Source: an uncultured Bacilli bacterium
GTDB lineage: Bacteria > Bacillota_I > Bacilli_A > RFN20 > CAG-826
Direction of reading: 5' to 3'
Length of the DNA: 64,000 nucleotides
Assembly (NCBI GenBank): GCA_944358865.1
Contig: CALVRV010000004.1
Location: forward strand, 3,759 to 67,758
The notes under the pieces were generated by a model. That model ran no database searches. It saw nothing but the letters and a program-made list of their open reading frames with translations, and had not been told where the DNA came from. A program made the position numbers and the translations under genes. Positions 42,544-53,658 of this stretch are shown here, one piece after another. The number at the start of each line of letters is the position of its first letter. The first letter of the stretch is position 1.

Positions 42544-44527
42544 CTTTTTTTATTAACTTTCCTAATGCAAGTATAGCGTCTAAATATATTTTCATTGATA
42601 AATAAAAATCATTTTTTCTAATACATTCATTTGCTTCATGCATATGAGTGTCAAAATCAGAAAATTGCATACCAAAAGCTACACAATTTTTAGCTTCTTT
42701 GGCATATGTTCCACCCCCAATAGCAAGAGGTTTAGCCTTTTTATCTTTACTAATTTTTTTATAAGAATGAGTAAGTGTTTTAATTAAAGGTGAGTCTTTT
42801 TTAAAATATAAAAGTTTAGCAGTTTCTTCAAAATCGACATTATCTTTGCCTAAACAATTAATAATATTTTGTTTAATGCTTTCCTCATCCATTCCATCAA
42901 CAAAACGATAATTAACACCAACAAATAATGTATTATCATGATAATTAAATAAACCTACATTTAAAGAAGTAGATCCCATTTCTTTAGAATGACCATAAAT
43001 ATTTAATCCTTTTCCATCTAATGGTGCGATCATTTCATATATTTTTTTAATTTGTTCATCTTGATAATAATTAACTAAACAATCTAAGACTTCAATTGAA
43101 GAATTTTTACCTAATTCAGGAGTTGAACCATGAGCGGATTTACCATAATGAATAATAGTAAAAACACCATCATTAAATATTGATTCATCAACGATTCCAC
43201 TTTGATTAAAATGATTAAATAAGTCATCGCTATTAATTTTGATTATTGTTTTATCAATAACCGCGTTAATAGCGACACCACTTTCAATCAAGAGAACATT
43301 TTTAAGATTAAGTGGATATTTAATATGAAAATTGATACACCCTTTTTCTGCAAAAATACAAGGAAAATCGCTGTCAGGAGTAAAGCCAAAAGTTGGTTCA
43401 TATTTTTTTAAAGTTTCAAAATAATATTTCATTCCAAGCGATCCACTTTCTTCGTTTCCACCAATTAATAAGCGAATTTGATAGCCATTAGCTAAATCAT
43501 AATCTTTAATAGCTTTTAAAGCATAATAAGAACAAATGACAGGACCTTTATCATCACTGACACCACGTCCATATAAAATATTATCTATTTCAATCATATC
43601 AAAAGGATCATGATTCCATTTTCCAGAAGCAGGAACAATATCAACATGGCCTAAGATAGTAATATTTTTAGGCCCTTCTCCATACAATATTTCAACAATT
43701 TTATTATCATAATTATTCGCAATAAAACCATCTTTTAAAGCTAAATTGTACATGTATTGTAAAGCTTTTGAAACGCCTTCACCAAAAGGATTTACATTTG
43801 ATTTAGTTTTTTCATCATAAGTAGAATTGATGCTTATTAAACCTTTTAATGTATCTAATGATTCATCTTTATATTTGTCTAAGATAAGATTGTAATTTAA
43901 TTTTTTTTGCATAAATGATACCTCAATAAATGGAGAATTAGTTAATTTAGGATAAGCCTTAAATAACGCTAAAGAGATGTTTGGTGTAATAATAATAGCC
44001 AAAACCAATTCAATTATACCATTTGTGGCAAAAATTGATGAAATTAAAGCTATAAAACCACCACTTGCAATAATATTTTCATTATTCATATTAAATAAAA
44101 ATAACAATGATAAAGTTAAAAATGAATGTAAAATCGACATTACACCAGCATTTACATACATTAATGAATAACTTACCATCGGATTTTTAATACGTTTAAT
44201 CAAAGAAAATAATAATCCGCTTACACCACCAAAAATCATTCTTGGAAGAATAGACACTAAAGGATTAATAAATAATGGATCTAAAATTCCAACTGGCATT
44301 GTCGCAGCTTTAATTAAGGAACACACACCAAATATAGTTCCATATAAAAGCCCTTTAGAAAATCCAAAAAGTAAGGCTCCTACTAAGACAATAACATGCA
44401 TTAAAGTAAAAGAAATTCCAATTCCAGGTATGGTAATATATCCTAAATATGGAACAAAAGTAAAAATAACAATTAAAGCAAGGAAAAAAGCATCGATGCA
44501 TAAAGATAAAACTTTTTTATTTCTCAT
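42527..44527 (-). CDS. Fusion: ECF-transporter S-component-like membrane domain (aa 1-195) plus M20 dipeptidase PepV-like domain (aa 206-666)
   Basis: The N-terminal 6-TM part has NPLVSILPRMIFGG, typical of ECF S components. The C-terminal part has GHVDIVPA, GRGVSDDKGP and GGNEESGS (M20A/PepV). It is a single open frame, but GAGGT followed by ATG (43912..43910) sits at the domain junction. Confidence 0.6.
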   Translation of the reverse strand: MRNKKVLSLCIDAFFLALIVIFTFVPYLGYITIPGIGISFTLMHVIVLVGALLFGFSKGLLYGTIFGVCSLIKAATMPVGILDPLFINPLVSILPRMIFGGVSGLLFSLIKRIKNPMVSYSLMYVNAGVMSILHSFLTLSLLFLFNMNNENIIASGGFIALISSIFATNGIIELVLAIIITPNISLALFKAYPKLTNSPFIEVSFMQKKLNYNLILDKYKDESLDTLKGLISINSTYDEKTKSNVNPFGEGVSKALQYMYNLALKDGFIANNYDNKIVEILYGEGPKNITILGHVDIVPASGKWNHDPFDMIEIDNILYGRGVSDDKGPVICSYYALKAIKDYDLANGYQIRLLIGGNEESGSLGMKYYFETLKKYEPTFGFTPDSDFPCIFAEKGCINFHIKYPLNLKNVLLIESGVAINAVIDKTIIKINSDDLFNHFNQSGIVDESIFNDGVFTIIHYGKSAHGSTPELGKNSSIEVLDCLVNYYQDEQIKKIYEMIAPLDGKGLNIYGHSKEMGSTSLNVGLFNYHDNTLFVGVNYRFVDGMDEESIKQNIINCLGKDNVDFEETAKLLYFKKDSPLIKTLTHSYKKISKDKKAKPLAIGGGTYAKEAKNCVAFGMQFSDFDTHMHEANECIRKNDFYLSMKIYLDAILALGKLIKKDENKI

Positions 44528-45296
44528 TTTTAACCTCCGTATTTAACTTTAAAATTTGATTTAGACCATCGAATAATAATTGATCATCATAAATATAACC
44601 TTTGTTGATAAATTGTTTTTTTAAAGGTTCGCTATAACCACCAGTGACAATTATTTTATATGGCAATTTTTTTTCTTTTTTTATTTCATTTATAAAGCCA
44701 TCAATCATTAATAAATGGCCTATAATTATGCCACTTTTTAAAGCGTCAATAGAGTTTTTAGCAATAATATTTTTTGGAAAATTATAATCAATATCCGGCA
44801 AAAGTGCAGTATTTTTAGTTAAACTTGCTTTACTTAGCCCTAATCCGTTTGCGATAATGCAACCAATAAAAACACCTTTATCATCAATAATTAATATTTT
44901 GCTTGCTGTGCCAAGATCAACCACAATGGAAGGATAACCATATTTTTTAATCGCTCCACAAGTATCACATATTAAATCAGAGCCTAATTCTTTAATATTA
45001 TCAATTTTAAAAATTACTTTGGTTTTAAAACCAATTCCTAATATCATCACTTCTTGATGAAATATTTTTTTAAATATCGCGCTTATCCTTTGATTAAGGC
45101 TAGGAACAACACTAGACATAATGATATGAGAAATATTTGCTTTAGAATATGAAGAAAACAAATTAGAAAAAATAATATAATATTCTCCCTCTAATTTATT
45201 TAAATCAGTAGAAACAATGTGGCGATCAAGTAAATTATCATTTTGATATATCGCTACTTGAATTGTCGTGTTTCCAATATCAATTAATACGTTCAT
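44517..45296 (-). CDS. coaX: Type III pantothenate kinase
   Basis: MNVLIDIGNTTIQVAIY at the N-terminus. GGAGG lies 5 nt before ATG 45296; the ORF-track ATG 45308 contains that SD. GTASK and GG motifs are present. Confidence 0.8.
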   Translation of the reverse strand: MNVLIDIGNTTIQVAIYQNDNLLDRHIVSTDLNKLEGEYYIIFSNLFSSYSKANISHIIMSSVVPSLNQRISAIFKKIFHQEVMILGIGFKTKVIFKIDNIKELGSDLICDTCGAIKKYGYPSIVVDLGTASKILIIDDKGVFIGCIIANGLGLSKASLTKNTALLPDIDYNFPKNIIAKNSIDALKSGIIIGHLLMIDGFINEIKKEKKLPYKIIVTGGYSEPLKKQFINKGYIYDDQLLFDGLNQILKLNTEVKNEK

Positions 45297-45356
45297 AACT
45301 TCCTCCATACAATCTTATTTTAAGTATCGTTAGATATAAAAGTTTTATTTATTTAA

Positions 45357-47762
45357 TTATATTGCAACAATATTAACAATTTTGTTTTTAACAATGATGA
45401 TTTTTTTAATTGTTTTACCTTCCGTGTGCCTTATTATTGCTTCAAGTTGGAAGATTTTTTCTTTTAATGAATCATCATCAATATCTTTATTAACAGATAT
45501 ATTTGCGCGTAATTTTCCATTTACTTGAACGGCAATATTTATTTCATCAAGTTTTATCATGCTTTCATCATAAGTTGGCCAACTTTGATAATCAATTAAT
45601 TCATCATAGCCTAACATTTGATATAATTCTTCCCCTAAAAAAGGACATATGCACGATAACATTTTAACAAAGCCAGTTAAATATGGTTTATAGATACTAT
45701 TAGATTTATAAACATCATTTATGAAAATCATCATTTGAGAAATTGCTGTGTTAAATTGAAGATTTTCAAAATCATTGGTAACTTTTTTAACCATGAAATT
45801 ATAAGAATAATCTAGTTCATGACTATTTGTATCACTTATTTTCTTTTTATAGTCATCTTCACTAAATAAACGATAGACACGGTCTAAAAATCTTCTCGCC
45901 CCTTCTAAACCTTGACTTGACCAAGGTAAAGAAGCTTCAAGTGGTCCCATAAACATTTCATATAATCTTAAAGCATCCGCTCCAAAAGATTCAATTAATT
46001 CATCTGGATTAACAACATTGCCACGCGATTTAGACATCTTTTCCCCATTTGATCCTAAAATCATTCCTTGATGGAACAATTTTTTAAATGGTTCTTTACA
46101 AAATACAATTCCCTCATCATAAAGGAATTTATGCCAAAATCTTGCATATAATAAATGTAAAACAGCATGTTCGGCACCACCAATATATAAATCGACTGGT
46201 AACCAATGTTTTAATAATTTTGGATCACCAATTGCTTTATCATTATGTGGGTCAATATAGCGGATATAATACCAACAAGATCCTGCCCATTGAGGCATAG
46301 TATTAGTTTCTCTTGTTCCATGTTTTCCATCAACGGTAACATTTAACCACTCTTTTGCGTGAATAAGTGGAGATTCACCAGTTCCTGATGGTTTATATTC
46401 ATCAAGTTCAGGTAAAACTAAAGGTAATTCATTTTCATTAAGAGGTTTTAAAGAGCCATCATCCATTAAAATAATTGGAATTGGTTCTCCCCAATATCTT
46501 TGTCTAGAAAATAACCAATCTCTAATTTTATATGAAGTTTTTTCTTTACCTAAATTTAATGATTTAAGTTTTTCTAAAATAACTTTTTTAGCATCATCTA
46601 TATATAATCCGTTAGCGATATCGCTATTGATATGCTTAGCGTCATCTTCAAACGCTTGATCAATGACATCATTTTCCAAAACTTTTTTAATTTTAAGATT
46701 ATGGGCCTTAGCAAATTCATAATCTCTTTGATCATGCGCGGGTACAGCCATTACTGCTCCAGTACCATAACTTGCTAAAACATAATCAGCAATATAAATA
46801 GGGACTTCCTCATTATTAATTGGATTAATTGCGTACGCTCCAATAAATACACCGCTTTTTTCTTTATTTACTTTTTGACGATCTAAATCTGATTTATGTG
46901 AAACTTCTTCTTGATATTTTTTAACATCATCAAGATATTTTGGATCACAAATTTTTAAAACAAGAGGATGTTCAGGAGCAAGACAAGTATATGAACAACC
47001 ATATAAAGTATCTACTCTTGTTGTAAAAACGTCAAAACTTAAATCATTAAAATTTTTAATTTTAAAAGTAACGATCGCACCAGTTGACTTACCAATCCAA
47101 TTTTTTTGCATTTCTATTGTGGAACTTGGCCAATCTAAAGAATCAAGACCTTCTAATAATTTTTCAGAATATTGAGTTATTTTTAATAGCCATTGACGCA
47201 TGGGCTTACGAATAACATCAAATCCTCCTACTTCACTTTTTCCATCAATTACTTCTTCATTTGCAAGAACAGTTCCTAATTCTGGACAAAAATTGACAGG
47301 TCGATAGTCAATATAAGCTAAATCTTTATTATATAATTTTAAAAATATATCTTGTGTCCACTTATAATAAGATGGTTCACAAGTTGCAATTTCTTTGTCC
47401 CAGTCATAAGAAAAACCAAAAGATTGAATTTGTTTTTTAAACCTTTGAATATTAGTTTTAGTAAATTCATAAGGATGTTTATTCATTTTAATAGAATATT
47501 GTTCTGCAGGTAGACCAAAAGCGTCCCATCCCATTGGATGTAAAACATTATACCCCTGCATTCGTTTCATTCTAGCAATGATATCACTTGCAGTATATCC
47601 TTCTGGATGACCAACATGTAACCCTTGTCCAGATGGATAAGGAAACATATCTAAAACATAGTATTTAGGTTTACTAAAATCATAGACGTCGCAATAATAA
47701 GTATTATTATCCGACCATATTTTTGACCATTTTTCTTCGATTAATTTGTGATTATATGGCAT
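45357..47762 (-). CDS. leuS: Leucine--tRNA ligase
   Basis: 801 aa. [16 protein letters not shown] (HIGH) and KMSKSRGN. Confidence 0.95.
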   Translation of the reverse strand: MPYNHKLIEEKWSKIWSDNNTYYCDVYDFSKPKYYVLDMFPYPSGQGLHVGHPEGYTASDIIARMKRMQGYNVLHPMGWDAFGLPAEQYSIKMNKHPYEFTKTNIQRFKKQIQSFGFSYDWDKEIATCEPSYYKWTQDIFLKLYNKDLAYIDYRPVNFCPELGTVLANEEVIDGKSEVGGFDVIRKPMRQWLLKITQYSEKLLEGLDSLDWPSSTIEMQKNWIGKSTGAIVTFKIKNFNDLSFDVFTTRVDTLYGCSYTCLAPEHPLVLKICDPKYLDDVKKYQEEVSHKSDLDRQKVNKEKSGVFIGAYAINPINNEEVPIYIADYVLASYGTGAVMAVPAHDQRDYEFAKAHNLKIKKVLENDVIDQAFEDDAKHINSDIANGLYIDDAKKVILEKLKSLNLGKEKTSYKIRDWLFSRQRYWGEPIPIILMDDGSLKPLNENELPLVLPELDEYKPSGTGESPLIHAKEWLNVTVDGKHGTRETNTMPQWAGSCWYYIRYIDPHNDKAIGDPKLLKHWLPVDLYIGGAEHAVLHLLYARFWHKFLYDEGIVFCKEPFKKLFHQGMILGSNGEKMSKSRGNVVNPDELIESFGADALRLYEMFMGPLEASLPWSSQGLEGARRFLDRVYRLFSEDDYKKKISDTNSHELDYSYNFMVKKVTNDFENLQFNTAISQMMIFINDVYKSNSIYKPYLTGFVKMLSCICPFLGEELYQMLGYDELIDYQSWPTYDESMIKLDEINIAVQVNGKLRANISVNKDIDDDSLKEKIFQLEAIIRHTEGKTIKKIIIVKNKIVNIVAI

Positions 47763-47776
47763 AAATAAATTTCCTT

Positions 47777-49213
47777 CTATTTGTTTTTAATAGCATCTTG
47801 ATATAAACCAAGATATAGTTTAGCGCTTTTTAACCAGCTATGATCAACTTTTAAAGCGTTTTTAATTAATTTATTAAAAACGTCTTCATTATTATAAAAT
47901 GATAAAGCATACAAGCAAGTATTTTTTAAAGCTTCATAATTATAATCATCAAAAGCAAAGCCATTAGCAACATCAATATTATTTAAATCATAGCCAATAA
48001 CAGAATCTTTTAAACCGCCTGTTCTTCTTACGATTGGTAAATTACCATAACGCTGGGCTATCATTTGACCAATACCACAAGGTTCAAATAAAGATGGCAT
48101 TAAAAAATAATCACCAGCTGCGTATATTTGATGGGCTAATTCGTCATTATATCCAATATAAATGCCAACATTATCAGGATAATTACCGCGCAAAACTTCA
48201 AAGCCTTGTTCTAAATTATATTCTCCGCTTCCTAAAATAATAATATTTGCACCATTTCTTACTAATTCATAACAAGTAGGAATTAAAATATCAATTCCTT
48301 TTTGCCATGTTAAACGTGAAACTAATGTAAACAAAGGACGATTTGGATCTTTTAAATTAAATTTTTCAATTAGATATTTTTTATTTTCTTTTTTGCTAGA
48401 TTTATAATTTCTTAAGTTGTAATTTTTAAATATTTTTTTATCATCCCGAGGATTAAATTCATTAATATCAATGCCATTTAAAAAACCAGCAAAGTCATAT
48501 TCACGTAATTTTAAAACGACATCTAAACCTTTTGAACCATCTTTTGATAATAATTCTTCACGGTGTGTTGGAGAAACAGTTGTAATTTTGTCGCAATATA
48601 TAATTGCGGTTTTTAAAGTTGAAACGTTTCCAAAAAATTCAACATTGCCATTATAAAATAATTCATCACTTAAATTATACAAATCACCTAAAACAAATTT
48701 ATTAAACATACCTTGGAATGCCGGATTATGAATGGTAAGAACAAATTTAGTGTTTATAAAAACACTAGAAATTGGTTTTTCTTCTTTAATTAAGCAAGGA
48801 AGCATTCCAACTTGCCAATCATGAATATGAATAATATCAACATGATAATTGATGTGCTCAAATAATTTTTTGCTCGCTAGTGTAAAATAAGCAAATCTTT
48901 CACCATCATCATAATCACCATATAAATGTCCACGATTAAAATAATAGTCATTTTTAATTAGATAATAAGTAATACCATCAATAATAGTTGAAAATACTTC
49001 TACTTTTTGATGTCGCCATGACATATCAACAAAATAATCACATACATATGTTAAATTTAAACCGCTATTATAGGCGTGTGAATAAAATGGCATAATAACC
49101 ATTACTTCACAATCTAATTTAACTAATTGTTCGCTAAGCGCGTAAACAACATCAGCAAGACCTCCAGTTTTAGCGATTGGATTAGCCTCACTTGCTACCA
49201 TTGCAATTTTCAT
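47777..49213 (-). CDS. glgA: Glycogen (starch) synthase
   Basis: 478 aa. [12 protein letters not shown] signature. Confidence 0.9.
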   Translation of the reverse strand: MKIAMVASEANPIAKTGGLADVVYALSEQLVKLDCEVMVIMPFYSHAYNSGLNLTYVCDYFVDMSWRHQKVEVFSTIIDGITYYLIKNDYYFNRGHLYGDYDDGERFAYFTLASKKLFEHINYHVDIIHIHDWQVGMLPCLIKEEKPISSVFINTKFVLTIHNPAFQGMFNKFVLGDLYNLSDELFYNGNVEFFGNVSTLKTAIIYCDKITTVSPTHREELLSKDGSKGLDVVLKLREYDFAGFLNGIDINEFNPRDDKKIFKNYNLRNYKSSKKENKKYLIEKFNLKDPNRPLFTLVSRLTWQKGIDILIPTCYELVRNGANIIILGSGEYNLEQGFEVLRGNYPDNVGIYIGYNDELAHQIYAAGDYFLMPSLFEPCGIGQMIAQRYGNLPIVRRTGGLKDSVIGYDLNNIDVANGFAFDDYNYEALKNTCLYALSFYNNEDVFNKLIKNALKVDHSWLKSAKLYLGLYQDAIKNK

Positions 49214-49221
49214 AAATAAAC

Positions 49222-50331
49222 CTATTTAATGAAGACAGGTGCGTCTTCATTCCCTTCTACGTTTTCAGTTATTGAGACATTTTTTTCTGTAATAATATGA
49301 TTAACTTTACAATTTTGATCAATTATTGAATCAGTAAAAATAATTGAATTTAATACTACTGCACCTTTTGAAACAACAACATTTCTTGATAAGATGCTAT
49401 GTTCAACACGTCCATTAATAATGCAACCATTGCTAACAATAGAATCTTTAACATTCGCGTTATCTAAATATTTAGCAGGTGGTGTATCGTGTGTGCGTGT
49501 ATATATAGGCCATTCGTGTCTAAATAATTTACGACGATTTTCAAATTTTAATAAATTAAATGAATTATTTACGTAATCTTTTAATGACATAATTGGAATT
49601 ACGTAGTGTTCAAAACGATATGTATCAATTTTTAATCCTTCATTTTTCATCATATAATTAATCATATCCGCAATTGAAAATGTTTTATTAATTTTTTGAC
49701 TCTTAGTTATTAAATCAACAAAAACATCACATGATATAACAAACGTATCAAGAGAAACTAAAATATCATCTTTTAATTTTGAATTTCTTTTAAATGATTT
49801 TACACTTAAATCTTTATTTAAAGTAATTAATGTCGACTTAGTAAAATTAGTTTTTCCATCGTGAATTGGAACATATACAGCGGTAATTTTACTATTATTA
49901 TTAATATGTTGATCAATAATTGGTCGAAAATCCATGCTGCTTAAATAATGAGCTGGCGCAATAACAATATAATCGAAACGATTTTGAATATCTTTTATTT
50001 GATTCCAGTTTGCTAAAATATTGTTAATATCGGTATTCCAACTTGGTCTTGAAAGAGAACTTTCATTAAAAAAGATATTTTCAAAACCAATTTTAGTATT
50101 CATCGTCCAAGCACCACCAGATTGAATATGTCCTAAAACAGAATGTGGGAAACGATGCGCTAAAATACATACGGTATCAATTAAAGAATTAGTAAAATTT
50201 GATAAAGTAAAATCCATAATAGCAAATCGCCCTAAAAATGTTACTGTTCCTAATGCTCTTTTATCGTTTAAATTAGGAATAAGGGGCGAAGTATGTAAAT
50301 TACAAAAACCTAAAATACGACGTGTGCTCAT
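49222..50331 (-). CDS. glgD: Glucose-1-phosphate adenylyltransferase regulatory subunit GlgD
   Basis: 369 aa. It resembles GlgC but lacks the GGxGxRL loop. It has GRFAIMDFTLSN and lies between glgC and glgA as in Firmicutes. Confidence 0.7.
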   Translation of the reverse strand: MSTRRILGFCNLHTSPLIPNLNDKRALGTVTFLGRFAIMDFTLSNFTNSLIDTVCILAHRFPHSVLGHIQSGGAWTMNTKIGFENIFFNESSLSRPSWNTDINNILANWNQIKDIQNRFDYIVIAPAHYLSSMDFRPIIDQHINNNSKITAVYVPIHDGKTNFTKSTLITLNKDLSVKSFKRNSKLKDDILVSLDTFVISCDVFVDLITKSQKINKTFSIADMINYMMKNEGLKIDTYRFEHYVIPIMSLKDYVNNSFNLLKFENRRKLFRHEWPIYTRTHDTPPAKYLDNANVKDSIVSNGCIINGRVEHSILSRNVVVSKGAVVLNSIIFTDSIIDQNCKVNHIITEKNVSITENVEGNEDAPVFIK

Positions 50332-50339
50332 AAGACCTC

Positions 50340-51455
50340 CTAATGATTTATCAAAACGACTTCATCACCATCTAAATTAATTTCACGCTTATCACCAATT
50401 ACTGTATTTGGTGCGATAATAGCGTTTTTAATTTTGACACCAGATTGAATTGTTGATCCAGACATAATTACACAGCGTGATACTTCTGCACCTTGTTCAA
50501 CAATAACACGATCTGAAACAACACAATTATCGATTGAACCTAAAATAATTGCGCCTTGATTAACTAAACTACGATTAATTTTAGCTTTTCGTCCAATATA
50601 TTGAGGAACAGAGTGAGTATCTTCAGTAAAAATGGTTCCATCATCATTGTTATAAAGACCTAAATCATCATTATCTTTTAAAAGATCCATGTTTGCTTCG
50701 TGTAAAGAAGAAATTGTTCCAACATCTTTCCAATATTTTTTAAAACGATATACTTTCATTTTGCGTTTTTTATTTAACATATTCGGAATGATGTTTTTAC
50801 CAAAATCGTGTTGTGATTTATCATCTTTTTCATCATCTCGTAAAAATTTTTTTAATGCTTTCCAAGTAAAAACATAAACACCCATGCTGACAAGATTAGA
50901 TTTTGGCTCTTTTGGTTTTTCTTGAAAACCGATTATTTCATCATTTTCATCAACTTGTAATACACCAAATCTTGATGCTTCTTTAATTGGAACTTCCATA
51001 ACAGAAATTGTGCAGTCAACATTGCTTTTTTTGTGAAGTTCAATCATTTCATCATAAGTTGTTTTATAAATATGATCGCCACTTAAAATAAGAACATAGT
51101 CTGGTTTTTGGCTATCAATCCAATCAATATTTTGTGTAATAGCATCGGCAGTACCACGATACCAATTAGCGGTATTTTCTGTTTGTCTAGGAGCAAGAGT
51201 AGACATCAAAGAATGAATACCATTATATCCCCATTTTTCACCATTACCGATATAAGAATCAAGTAAAGTTGATTCATATTGCGTGCACACACCTACTACT
51301 GGTATTTGAGAATTAGCGCAATTAGATAAAGGGAAATCAATTATACGATATTTTGCTGCAAAACTAACAGCTGGTTTTGCAATTTTTTTAGTTAAGAATT
51401 CTAAACGAGTGCCTTTGCCACCCGCAAGAATGACAGCGATAACTTTATTTGCCAT
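50340..51455 (-). CDS. glgC: Glucose-1-phosphate adenylyltransferase
   Basis: VILAGGKGTRLEFLT, YRIIDFPLSNC and WYRGTADA motifs. Confidence 0.9.
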   Translation of the reverse strand: MANKVIAVILAGGKGTRLEFLTKKIAKPAVSFAAKYRIIDFPLSNCANSQIPVVGVCTQYESTLLDSYIGNGEKWGYNGIHSLMSTLAPRQTENTANWYRGTADAITQNIDWIDSQKPDYVLILSGDHIYKTTYDEMIELHKKSNVDCTISVMEVPIKEASRFGVLQVDENDEIIGFQEKPKEPKSNLVSMGVYVFTWKALKKFLRDDEKDDKSQHDFGKNIIPNMLNKKRKMKVYRFKKYWKDVGTISSLHEANMDLLKDNDDLGLYNNDDGTIFTEDTHSVPQYIGRKAKINRSLVNQGAIILGSIDNCVVSDRVIVEQGAEVSRCVIMSGSTIQSGVKIKNAIIAPNTVIGDKREINLDGDEVVLINH

Positions 51456-51559
51456 TTTTTACACCTCGATACGCTTATATTTTATTTTAACAAATGGTTA
51501 ATATTTTTTAAATAAAAAATATACTCTATCTTTATTTTTTAAAATATATCATTATAATT

Positions 51560-52051
51560 ATGGCTATGAAAGTTTATCAAAACCCATTACGAATGACTAT
51601 TACATTTATTATCGCTTCCTTATTTTGCGCTTTACTTATTTTTTCTTTTTTGTTCCCCATATTTTTAGATTGGCCATGGGATTTTAGACAATATTTAATT
51701 ATTGCATTATGGTTAGTTAGTAGCGTTGTTTTTTATATTATTTCTATTAAATTTAATTTTTATATTATTGAATCAAAATGTATCATTGTTCAGCGTTATA
51801 AAAAGACTATGTATTATTATTACAATGATATAGTTTATATTGATGAAGAATATTCAAAAAAACATAAAATGGTTTTATTTGTCACAAACAAAAAAGATGT
51901 TCGGTATATGGTTTTTGATAGAAAACAAGAAATATATAAAACGTTATTAAATAAGTGCCATAATTTACTTACTTATGAACAATTAATTGCAAAATATGGT
52001 GAAATAAAAAACTTAAAAAAACCAAAGAAAATCATTAATTCAAACAATTAA
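51560..52051 (+). CDS. Hypothetical membrane protein (2 TM plus small cytoplasmic domain)
   Basis: 163-aa ORF with two clear hydrophobic helices. No family recognised. Confidence 0.4.
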   Translation: MAMKVYQNPLRMTITFIIASLFCALLIFSFLFPIFLDWPWDFRQYLIIALWLVSSVVFYIISIKFNFYIIESKCIIVQRYKKTMYYYYNDIVYIDEEYSKKHKMVLFVTNKKDVRYMVFDRKQEIYKTLLNKCHNLLTYEQLIAKYGEIKNLKKPKKIINSNN

Positions 52052-52060
52052 AATAAATTA

Positions 52061-52089
52061 TTGATATAAAAATCAACCTATGATATCAT
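52061..52089 (+). promoter_or_regulatory. Candidate sigma-A promoter of rpmB with extended -10
   Basis: TTGATA (52061-52066), a 17-bp spacer ending in TGA, then TATCAT (52084-52089). Confidence 0.55.
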
Positions 52090-52121
52090 TTTAAAGCGAA
52101 TTAATTAGGAGGTGTATCATT

Positions 52122-52310
52122 ATGTCAAGAGTGTGCCCAGTAACAGGAAAAGGTCCATTAAGTGGAAATAATCGTAGCCATTCATTACGTGCAACACGTA
52201 GAAGATGGAATACTAACTTACAAAAATTCCGTGTTGAGGTAGATGGACAAATTCAAACCGTAAGAATGTCCGCTCACGCCTACCGAACATTAAATAAAAC
52301 TAGTAAATAA
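52122..52310 (+). CDS. rpmB: 50S ribosomal protein L28
   Basis: MSRVCPVTGKGPLSGNNRSHSLRATRRRWNTNLQ. 62 aa. AGGAGG SD. Confidence 0.9.
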   Translation: MSRVCPVTGKGPLSGNNRSHSLRATRRRWNTNLQKFRVEVDGQIQTVRMSAHAYRTLNKTSK

Positions 52311-52312
52311 AA

Positions 52313-52336
52313 AGCGATCAAAAGATCGTTTTTTTT
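52313..52336 (+). terminator. Rho-independent terminator after rpmB
   Basis: AGCGATC-AAAA-GATCGTT followed by TTTTTT. Confidence 0.7.
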
Positions 52337-53006
52337 ATAAAAATAAGATTATAAAAAATAAATTATTTAAAAAATAAATGATAAATGAAAGCCACTCGCT
52401 ATAGCATAATGTAAAATATTTTGGTCTAACATATATTTTTGTACCATCTTCTTGAGTTTCTTCTTTTAATTTTGACCAATTTAATAATTTAGGATTTAAA
52501 ATAATGCCAAAATTTAAAATAGATAATAAAGAACTAAAAATACAAACAATTAGACTTTTAATATTAAAAATATAAAAAAGATCAAAAATAGACATTAAAA
52601 ATAAACTCATTGAAACTAAAGTATTAATTAAAAAGAAAACAATATCTCCAAATAAGTGCAAACGATAATTTTTCATATTAAATAATAAAATCAATAAAAA
52701 CGGGAATATGATTAGAACTTGCAAAACAACAACAACAATATAACAAACAAAAAATGATTGTTGATTTAAATCTAGGCCGTTTGCTATCATCGTAAAAATA
52801 ATAGCAATGTTAGCAAAATAACTTAAAATATAAAATATTAAACCAAGAAAATAAAAATTTAATTTTCTAGTTAAAATAAGTTCGAAAGGAAAATGATTAA
52901 AATAATTATATTTTTCTTGATTAACTTTATAATAATTCCAACTTAAAACAATGTTTCCACTTATAAAAAATATTATAGAACAGACAAATAGAATTAAATT
53001 AACCAT
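52335..53006 (-). CDS. Hypothetical polytopic membrane protein
   Basis: 223 aa with about 6 hydrophobic helices. Its start overlaps the rpe stop by 8 nt. No family recognised. Confidence 0.4.
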   Translation of the reverse strand: MVNLILFVCSIIFFISGNIVLSWNYYKVNQEKYNYFNHFPFELILTRKLNFYFLGLIFYILSYFANIAIIFTMIANGLDLNQQSFFVCYIVVVVLQVLIIFPFLLILLFNMKNYRLHLFGDIVFFLINTLVSMSLFLMSIFDLFYIFNIKSLIVCIFSSLLSILNFGIILNPKLLNWSKLKEETQEDGTKIYVRPKYFTLCYSEWLSFIIYFLNNLFFIILFL

Positions 53007-53649
53007 TTAGTTTTTCAAAAGATGTCTTGATATCATCGCTTTTAAATAAATAAGAACCCACTACTGCTATATCTAAACCAAGTCCTTTTAATAATTTGCT
53101 ATTCGTATCATTAATGCCGCCATCAGCCTCAATTAAATAATTCATATTATCATGAGTTTGTCGATATACATTAAGAAAAACTATTTTTGATAAAACATTA
53201 TTCATAAATTTTTGCCCACCCTGACCTGGTTCTACACTCATTAGCAAAACTAAATCAAGTAATGGTAAGAATTTTTTAATTTTTAAAACATCAGTTTCAG
53301 GTTTAATAGATAAACCAACTTTAACATTTTCTTGACGTATCAAAGATATCAATTTAAATACTTCGTCATCGTTAGATAAAGCCTCATAATGAAAAGTTAA
53401 ATAATCAATACCTAGATCGGTATAATTTTTATAAGTTTTTAAAGGATTATCAATCATAATGTGAACATCTTTAATGATTGATTTATCATCTTTAAATAAA
53501 TTAATAATAGATTGTCCAAAACTTAAATTGTTGACAAAATGTCCATCCATAACATCAAAATGAATCATACTAGTAAATGGTTTAATTTTTGAAATTTCTT
53601 CTTCTAATTTTAAGAAATTGCAGTTTAATATTGATGCACTTATTTTCAT
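52999..53649 (-). CDS. rpe: Ribulose-phosphate 3-epimerase
   Basis: HFDVMDGHFVNN and VEPGQGGQKF motifs. Confidence 0.85.
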   Translation of the reverse strand: MKISASILNCNFLKLEEEISKIKPFTSMIHFDVMDGHFVNNLSFGQSIINLFKDDKSIIKDVHIMIDNPLKTYKNYTDLGIDYLTFHYEALSNDDEVFKLISLIRQENVKVGLSIKPETDVLKIKKFLPLLDLVLLMSVEPGQGGQKFMNNVLSKIVFLNVYRQTHDNMNYLIEADGGINDTNSKLLKGLGLDIAVVGSYLFKSDDIKTSFEKLNG

Positions 53650-53658
53650 AAAAGCCTC

